Assembly (NCBI GenBank): GCA_964549305.1
Contig: CAZJVM010000012.1
Coordinates: forward strand, 1 to 44,039
DNA length: 44,039 bases
Origin: an uncultured bacterium
Lineage (GTDB): Bacteria > Schekmanbacteria > GWA2-38-11 > J061
Reading direction: 5' to 3'
Shown here: positions 38,045 to 44,039 of the stretch, piece by piece
Layout of the letters: the number at the start of each line of letters is the position of its first letter
Numbering within the stretch: position 1 is the stretch's first letter
The notes under the pieces: model-generated
Told to the model about the DNA's origin: nothing
Database searches by the model: none
Seen by the model: the letters and a program-made list of their open reading frames with translations, nothing else
Program-made: the position numbers and the translations under genes

Positions 38045-38835
38045 AATATGTCTCCCTCTTCCCTTTCGCGCTTACAGACTCCGCGCTTTGATGATTTTAC
38101 AAATTCCACAAAATGAAGGACCTCTTCCGTCTGCTCCACATCTGTGTATATTTTTTCAATAGCTTCCTCATTTGACAACCCGGACTGGAAAAATATTTTA
38201 TAAACTTTTTTCAGCGCATCGATTCCGCTCCTTGAAATGCCGCTTCTTCTCAATCCCACTAAATTAAGCCCGTAAGGCACAGTGGTAATACCCCATACTA
38301 TTGTGAAGGGAGCGATGTCCTTTGAGATTCCTGAAAATCCCCTTACAAGTGCAAGTTTTCCGATTCTGCAGAATTGATGTATTCCCACAAAACCCGATAT
38401 AATCGCTTTATCTTCTACCGTAACGTGTCCCGAAAGCCCCGCATAGTTGGTGATTATTGCGCCGTTGCCTATTTTGCAGTCGTGTGCAATGTGAGAATAG
38501 GCCATAAGCATCGCGCCGTCTCCCACTGTGGTTATCCCCTCTTCTTTCGACGACCTGTGTATTGAGACATATTCTCTTATGCTCACATTATCGCCAATGG
38601 AAACATAGGATTTTTCGCCCTTGTATTTAAAATCCTGAGGAGGACCTCCGATTGCGGCACCTGCTTCTATTCTGCAATTTTTCCCTATCTTAGTCCATCC
38701 CTCAACACGGACATTCGAGGATAAAACAGTGCCGTCTCCGATTGTAACATCCTTATTGACAACGGAAAAAGGACCTATTTCAACATCTTTCCCTATTACC
38801 GCGCCTTCTTCGATTACTGCCGTTTTATGAATCAT
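38041..38835 (-). CDS. lpxA: Acyl-ACP--UDP-GlcNAc acyltransferase
   Basis: Hexapeptide repeats, PQDFKY, IREYV, MAYSHIAHDC, HQFCRIG, GLNLVGLRR. Confidence 0.96.
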   Translation of the reverse strand: MIHKTAVIEEGAVIGKDVEIGPFSVVNKDVTIGDGTVLSSNVRVEGWTKIGKNCRIEAGAAIGGPPQDFKYKGEKSYVSIGDNVSIREYVSIHRSSKEEGITTVGDGAMLMAYSHIAHDCKIGNGAIITNYAGLSGHVTVEDKAIISGFVGIHQFCRIGKLALVRGFSGISKDIAPFTIVWGITTVPYGLNLVGLRRSGISRSGIDALKKVYKIFFQSGLSNEEAIEKIYTDVEQTEEVLHFVEFVKSSKRGVCKREREEGDIF

Positions 38836-39304
38836 CTCTACCGGACTTTTTTAAATCGTCAAGGTATTCATCTGACACAAACGCCTGAAGTTCTCCTTCT
38901 GTAACAACTTCGCCGTCAACAAAGGCTTTCGCGTCAACTTTCCACAAGGGTCCCCTTCTGTGGGTGACAATGACTTCCATTTTCATAACATCACCGGGGC
39001 GCACTTTCTTTCTGAATTTTACTTTATCAACACTTCTGAAATAAACAATTTTCTGAAACTCGCCGGTGCTTTGGAGAAGGAGAATACATCCAACCTGGGC
39101 GAGTGCTTCTATAATCATTACTCCGGGCATTACGGGGTATTCTCCGAAATGTCCCAGAAAAAAAGGTTCGTTAAAGGTAACGTTTTTCACTGCCACTATC
39201 CTTTTTTCCTTTTCAAATTCAGTCACCTTGTCAACCATAAGAAAAGGATAACGGTGCGGCAAAAGTTTCAGGATTCTGTCAATATTAAAAATAACTTCTT
39301 CCAT
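38825..39304 (-). CDS. fabZ: 3-hydroxyacyl-ACP dehydratase
   Basis: LPHRYPFLMVD, KNVTFNEPFF.GHF, PVMPGVMIIEALAQ; start at ATG 39304. Confidence 0.96.
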   Translation of the reverse strand: MEEVIFNIDRILKLLPHRYPFLMVDKVTEFEKEKRIVAVKNVTFNEPFFLGHFGEYPVMPGVMIIEALAQVGCILLLQSTGEFQKIVYFRSVDKVKFRKKVRPGDVMKMEVIVTHRRGPLWKVDAKAFVDGEVVTEGELQAFVSDEYLDDLKKSGRDDS

Positions 39305-39308
39305 TTTT

Positions 39309-40337
39309 TTATTTTTGCCTCCTCTTTTCAAGGTCATTAATTTTCTTTTCAAGTTCACGGATTTTTTTGAAGATGTCGGGAATCTTGGGCAAACACGCCT
39401 GAGTCCTGCGCCATTTTCTGTGCTCGAAGGCGGGTGCTCCGCTAACCATTGAATTTGCCGGAAGGTTTTTTCCTATACCGGATTTCGCGCCAACCATTGT
39501 GTTATCACCGATACGCACGTGGTCAGCAATTCCAACCTGTCCCGCAAGCATAACATTGTCGCCGATTTTACAGCTTCCCGATATGCCAACTTGTGACACC
39601 AGTATGACATTCCTGCCGACTTCCACATTATGGGCAATCTGAACATGGTTATCTATTTTTGTTCCCTCTTTAATAATCGTCTCACCGAGAGTCGCTCTGT
39701 CAACGCTTACGTTTGAGCCGATTTCAACATCATCTTCTATTATCACCTTTCCGACCTGAGGAATTTTTACATGCGTCCCGTTTTCCTGCACATAACCGAA
39801 ACCATCTCCCGCAATGGAACTATTGGAATGAATCCTCACTCTTTTGCCGATAAGGGTTTCCTCTCTTACCGAAACATTCGAGTACAAGACCGTATCGTCC
39901 CCGATTTTGGAATCTTTGCCTATGTAAACCCCGGGATAAATACTCACTCTGTCGCCAATTTCCACATTGTCTTCTATGACTGCGTAAGGATAAATTGACA
40001 CATCCTTTCCCATCTTAACTTTGTTGCCTATTGACGCTTTTTCATCGATACCGAGGGGAGACTTATCTCTGACTTTGTAAAGCTCAACGACTCTTGCAAA
40101 ACTGAGGTAGGGATTTTTAACAATTATCAGTGATGCTCCGCATTCGGGTATGTCAACGGGTGCAATTACTGCGGAAGCAGACGTGCTCTTTACAGCGTTC
40201 AAAAACTTTTCCGCGGCAATGAAAGTAATATCTCCTTCCCCGGCGTTTTCTATGCCTGAAACATCCTTTATTACCACCGAAGGATTGCCTTTTAATTCTC
40301 CGCCAAGATATTCAGCAATTTCTTTTACGGTCTTCAA
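39309..40337 (-). CDS. lpxD: UDP-3-O-(3-hydroxyacyl)glucosamine N-acyltransferase
   Basis: NPYLSFA, DGFGY, KIPQVG.V, VDRA, KIDNHVQIAHN, GQVGIADH. Confidence 0.96.
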   Translation of the reverse strand: MKTVKEIAEYLGGELKGNPSVVIKDVSGIENAGEGDITFIAAEKFLNAVKSTSASAVIAPVDIPECGASLIIVKNPYLSFARVVELYKVRDKSPLGIDEKASIGNKVKMGKDVSIYPYAVIEDNVEIGDRVSIYPGVYIGKDSKIGDDTVLYSNVSVREETLIGKRVRIHSNSSIAGDGFGYVQENGTHVKIPQVGKVIIEDDVEIGSNVSVDRATLGETIIKEGTKIDNHVQIAHNVEVGRNVILVSQVGISGSCKIGDNVMLAGQVGIADHVRIGDNTMVGAKSGIGKNLPANSMVSGAPAFEHRKWRRTQACLPKIPDIFKKIRELEKKINDLEKRRQK

Positions 40338-40368
40338 TTTATCCCCTCCAAATAACCATTATTAACAG

Positions 40369-40896
40369 CTAATTACCCGTATTTGAATTTATGCTGTCGT
40401 AAAGTTGAATTACCCGTGGCGTTAAATCTATGGCATCTGCCACATATATGGCATTCTGCTTCTCTATGACAAGATCATATCCGTCATTTTTTCCAACCTC
40501 TCTCACCAGTTCGATTATATCCATAAGAATCTTGTCAGTAAAATTCTTGTTTTTTCTTTCGAACTCATCCTTCAGGTCAACCTGCATTCTGCGCCAGTCT
40601 TTCAGTTTTTTGTTAAACTCTTCCTCTTTTTCCGCCTTGATTTTATCAGACCAAAATCCCGCGCGCTTTGTGATTTCATCCTGAAGACCCTGAAGCGTTT
40701 TTTCTTTTGTATCCAACTCCTGCTTCTTATTCTCGAATTCCTTCTCGAGCACCTTTATCGCCTCTTTGCCCTTCCTGGAATTATTGAGGACGCTTTGCAG
40801 GTCAACTACCGCGACTCTGGTGCTTTCCGCGTAGGAAAGAGTCAATAGACCGAATACAAAAAAAACAGCTAAAACCGGAATAAATATCTTCTTCAT
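40369..40896 (-). CDS. skp: Periplasmic chaperone Skp/OmpH
   Basis: Signal peptide, VAVVD, coiled coil, GYDLVI...IDLT; bamA-skp-lpxD synteny. Confidence 0.92.
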   Translation of the reverse strand: MKKIFIPVLAVFFVFGLLTLSYAESTRVAVVDLQSVLNNSRKGKEAIKVLEKEFENKKQELDTKEKTLQGLQDEITKRAGFWSDKIKAEKEEEFNKKLKDWRRMQVDLKDEFERKNKNFTDKILMDIIELVREVGKNDGYDLVIEKQNAIYVADAIDLTPRVIQLYDSINSNTGN

Positions 40897-40919
40897 AAAT
40901 CAAAAACCCCCTTTTTTAA

Positions 40920-43331
40920 TTAAAAGAACTGACCTCCCACTCCAAAGTGGAACTGCGTCGCCGAATCGCCTTTATCCTTGTCAAGTTTATATCCCAAATC
41001 GAGGCGAACGGGACCTATTGGCAAATACAGTCTCGCTCCGATTCCGACACTTTTCTTCATATTGGAAAAAGACAATTGCTCGCCGTTTTTTACGGCGTTA
41101 CCCATATCATAAAATGCCACAAGTTGAAATTGATTAGGCAGCACAGGAACAATATATTCAAGGTTTAACACAAACTCCTTGTTGCCGCCAATATTATTGT
41201 TATAATCATCCTTCGGACCAATATCCTGGTCTTCATAACCCCTGATTGTCCTTGAACCTCCGATCTTGAACTTTTCGTACGTGGGAACCCGTTCACCGAA
41301 ATAGTCGTCCACATATCCGAAGAGTCCTCTGACGTGGAACGCGGTACCCCATTTCCACGGTTTATAGTAACTCGTATCAAGTTCGATGCGGTAATAATTA
41401 AGGTCGCCGCCAAAAATGCCTCCCACAGGTTCATAAGAGAGTTCCACGTTCGAACCTTTTGTGGGAAAAACGGGATGGTTATAGGTTTTCCTGTAAATGC
41501 TGAAGAAAACACTGTTCTGCGAATTACTCCCTCTCAAATTTTCAAGGTCTCTGAAAAATTCACTCTTATCTATTCTTTTCTCCCTCGCCCTCTCATCTTT
41601 CAGGTTTTCAAAATCGGAATCAGAATTGAATGGGTCATTACCCCTCCTCGATGCGCCTATAAAAGAGATGCTCGATATTTCATCAACCTGCGTTCTAGGC
41701 GCGACAAAAGCCCACACCCGTTCAAACACTCTCCATCCGAACTTCAACCTTGCTCCTGTCTGTTTTCTTACGAAATCATTGGAAAAGTCTCTCGTTCTTG
41801 AATTGAAGACATCAAATCCCGCTGATACGTAGCGGTCAAGAAAATAGGGGTCCACGAATGAAAGATTAAATTCAGTAGTCCTCGTGCTAAACTGGCTTGA
41901 AAGGGATGCCTGCCAACCCCTTCCGAAAAGGTTCTCCTCTGAAACGCTCACAATACCCACGATTTTTTCCGATGAGCTGAATCCTCCGCCGAATGTGAGA
42001 GTACCCGTAGGTTTTTCTTCAACATTTATCTCTACATCGATGAGGTTTTTCATTTCGCCTCTCGTTGTTTTTATCTTTATATCTCCGAAGTAACCCAGTT
42101 TGAACACATCATCCTTACTGTGCCTCAGTTTAAGGCTGTTTGCCTGATCACCTTCCCTAATACTCAACTCCCTTCTGATTACCTTATCCATTGTCTTCGT
42201 GTTACCGCTAATATCAATTTGTCCTATGTAAAACTTCTCACCCTTGTCTATTGATATTTTCAAATCAACGACAGGTTCCTTTTCGCGGTATTTTCGTATA
42301 GGCGCAATGTCGGAAAAGAGAAATCCTTTCTGCGCGTAAAAATCACTCAGATCCGCAAGTCCTTTCTCGAGTCGTCCGCGACTGAACACGGAACCTTTCC
42401 TCAGTCCGAATGTGTCCGCGACCTGTTTGTCGGAAAGAATTGTGTTGCCTTCGAATTCAAGATTGCCGACTCTGAACTGCCTGCCTTCTTCAACGGGAAC
42501 AGTTATGTAAATCAATGTGCGTTCTGCATTCATTTCTATATGAGGTTCACCTATTTCAACTTCGATGAACCCGTTATCCTGATAAAATGAATCAATGCGC
42601 TGAAGGTCGGTCTTAAATTCATCTTCCTTGAAATCTCCTGCCTCAGTCGCCCAACCAAAAAGCCAGTCCTCTTTGGTTTTCATTATTTTTCTCAACAGGT
42701 CATCTGAGAATGATTTGTTTCCCTGAAAGTATATCTTTTTCAGGACAACCTTTCCGCCTTCTTTAATCCGGAAAACCACGTCAACAGCGTTTCTCGGCAG
42801 AGGACGAAGTCTGTATGTGATGTCGGCAAGATAATATCCTTCCTCCTGATACTTCGCTTTTATCTTATTTATTGTATTGTTTATCTCACTGCTTCTGAGA
42901 ATCTGGTCTGAAAGAAGAGTGGATTCCGCGCGCAACTTTTCCACATCGAGCACCTTATTCCCCTCAAAATCAACTTGGCGGACAGTCGGTTTTTCCCCGA
43001 CTATATAAATCAGTTTTATGCCTTCCCCGACTTCCTCTTTTTCCACCTTAACGTCATTGAAGAAACCAAGGGCATAGATCGTCTTGATATCCCTGCTTAT
43101 CCCCGATACGGAAAGAAACTCACCCTTCATAGTCCTGATACTGGAAAGAATAGTCGATGCTTCAATCCTCTTGTTTCCCCTGACTTCAATGTCAACTATT
43201 CTCTCCCGGGCGAAAGAATAACCTTCTGAAATAATTAAAAAAGAAAATATCGTGACAACAGAAATAAGAAGCAGGCATTTAAGTTTCCCGCGACTGCTTC
43301 TTTTTCTTATGGAATATTCGTTTATATGCAT
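40920..43331 (-). CDS. bamA: Outer membrane protein assembly factor BamA
   Basis: Five POTRA repeats (GN..., KVIRRE), NLFGRG, IRGY loop-6 motif, C-terminal Phe; exact start uncertain. Confidence 0.96.
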   Translation of the reverse strand: MHINEYSIRKRSSRGKLKCLLLISVVTIFSFLIISEGYSFARERIVDIEVRGNKRIEASTILSSIRTMKGEFLSVSGISRDIKTIYALGFFNDVKVEKEEVGEGIKLIYIVGEKPTVRQVDFEGNKVLDVEKLRAESTLLSDQILRSSEINNTINKIKAKYQEEGYYLADITYRLRPLPRNAVDVVFRIKEGGKVVLKKIYFQGNKSFSDDLLRKIMKTKEDWLFGWATEAGDFKEDEFKTDLQRIDSFYQDNGFIEVEIGEPHIEMNAERTLIYITVPVEEGRQFRVGNLEFEGNTILSDKQVADTFGLRKGSVFSRGRLEKGLADLSDFYAQKGFLFSDIAPIRKYREKEPVVDLKISIDKGEKFYIGQIDISGNTKTMDKVIRRELSIREGDQANSLKLRHSKDDVFKLGYFGDIKIKTTRGEMKNLIDVEINVEEKPTGTLTFGGGFSSSEKIVGIVSVSEENLFGRGWQASLSSQFSTRTTEFNLSFVDPYFLDRYVSAGFDVFNSRTRDFSNDFVRKQTGARLKFGWRVFERVWAFVAPRTQVDEISSISFIGASRRGNDPFNSDSDFENLKDERAREKRIDKSEFFRDLENLRGSNSQNSVFFSIYRKTYNHPVFPTKGSNVELSYEPVGGIFGGDLNYYRIELDTSYYKPWKWGTAFHVRGLFGYVDDYFGERVPTYEKFKIGGSRTIRGYEDQDIGPKDDYNNNIGGNKEFVLNLEYIVPVLPNQFQLVAFYDMGNAVKNGEQLSFSNMKKSVGIGARLYLPIGPVRLDLGYKLDKDKGDSATQFHFGVGGQFF

Positions 43332-43425
43332 TTAAAAGACAGGAATTACAGATAAATTACAGGAGATATTTAAATGTGAAATATCCATCCTTATATAAAA
43401 GTGTTGATTATGAGCCAAATTGTAA

Positions 43426-44039
43426 TTATTTCAAAATCCGGACAGGACTTTCTCTCATATCTTCGGTACCGTCTCCAATCCTTCCTGATTTGTTAAACCC
43501 CCAACCCCAGAGGGAATCGTTTTTTAGAGCTATGTTATGGGCGTTGCCCGCGGAAATTGCAGACCACTTTTTGCTTTTGCCCACACGAAAGGGACGTTTC
43601 CTGTTTTTATCCCTGTTAGCGCCGTTTCCCAACTGACCTGCGAGGTCATCTCCCCACGCCCATATTGTGCCGTCGGATTTTAACGCAATGGTATGATATC
43701 CGCCGGCAGAAACTTCCTTCCAGTCATTATCTTTTCCTATGTGTACAGGTTTTTTCTTTCTTTTTCTTTTTCCGTTCCCAAGTTGTCCGTCGCGATTTCG
43801 TCCCCACGCCCAAAGAGTACCATTCGTCTTTATTGCGACAGTGTGCGCGCCTCCTGCCGAAACAGATTCCCAGTTGCTGTCATTTCCGATTTTTACCGGA
43901 ACCTTTTTGAACCTTCTTTTTCCGTTTCCAAGTTGCCCGTCACGATTTCGCCCCCACGCCCAAAGAGTACCATTCGTCTTTATTGCCACAGTGTGCGCGC
44001 CTCCTGCTGAAACAGACTTCCAGTTGCTGTCATCCCCGA
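43426..44039 (-). CDS. RCC1-repeat beta-propeller protein, 5'-truncated by the window edge
   Basis: Repeated SAGxxHTxAIKxxGTLWAWGxNxxGQLG; the frame stays open to the window end. Confidence 0.88.
   Translation of the reverse strand, partial: GDDSNWKSVSAGGAHTVAIKTNGTLWAWGRNRDGQLGNGKRRFKKVPVKIGNDSNWESVSAGGAHTVAIKTNGTLWAWGRNRDGQLGNGKRKRKKKPVHIGKDNDWKEVSAGGYHTIALKSDGTIWAWGDDLAGQLGNGANRDKNRKRPFRVGKSKKWSAISAGNAHNIALKNDSLWGWGFNKSGRIGDGTEDMRESPVRILK
43767..44039. repeat. Near-identical 150-bp tandem coding repeats
   Basis: CCCCACGCCCAAAGAGTACCATTCGTCTTTATTGC occurs at 43802 and 43952. Confidence 0.85.

Overview
44 kb of chromosome from a Gram-negative bacterium; the gene repertoire suggests a deltaproteobacterium- or Nitrospinota-like lineage (inference only). 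It appears to span the replication terminus. A 28-bp dif-like XerC/XerD site at 4529-4556 lies where gene orientation switches from + to mostly -, and KOPS-like octamers point toward it. Left of dif: tRNA-Pro(GGG), surE, pcm, tRNA-Pro(CGG), a LOG-family gene, an RmlD-like SDR and rlmD. Right of dif: a heme-c DUF3365 protein with an MCP, a NosL-like protein, and a cusCBA heavy-metal efflux operon with a near-perfect sigma54 promoter, IHF site and enhancer. Then come deaD, argC, recD2, a non-canonical UroD homolog and purMN. The right half is an outer-membrane/lipid A cluster (bamA-skp-lpxD-fabZ-lpxA-gnnA-like-lpxB-lpxJ-like) followed by DUF2889-dprA-ntrY and the standout gene. That gene encodes a 731-aa single polypeptide in which an NtrX-type response regulator (intact receiver, degenerate AAA+ domain, Fis-HTH) is fused to a complete LpxC with all catalytic residues. 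This suggests a two-component system wired directly to the committed step of lipid A synthesis. All calls come from motif recognition by eye; no database searches were run.
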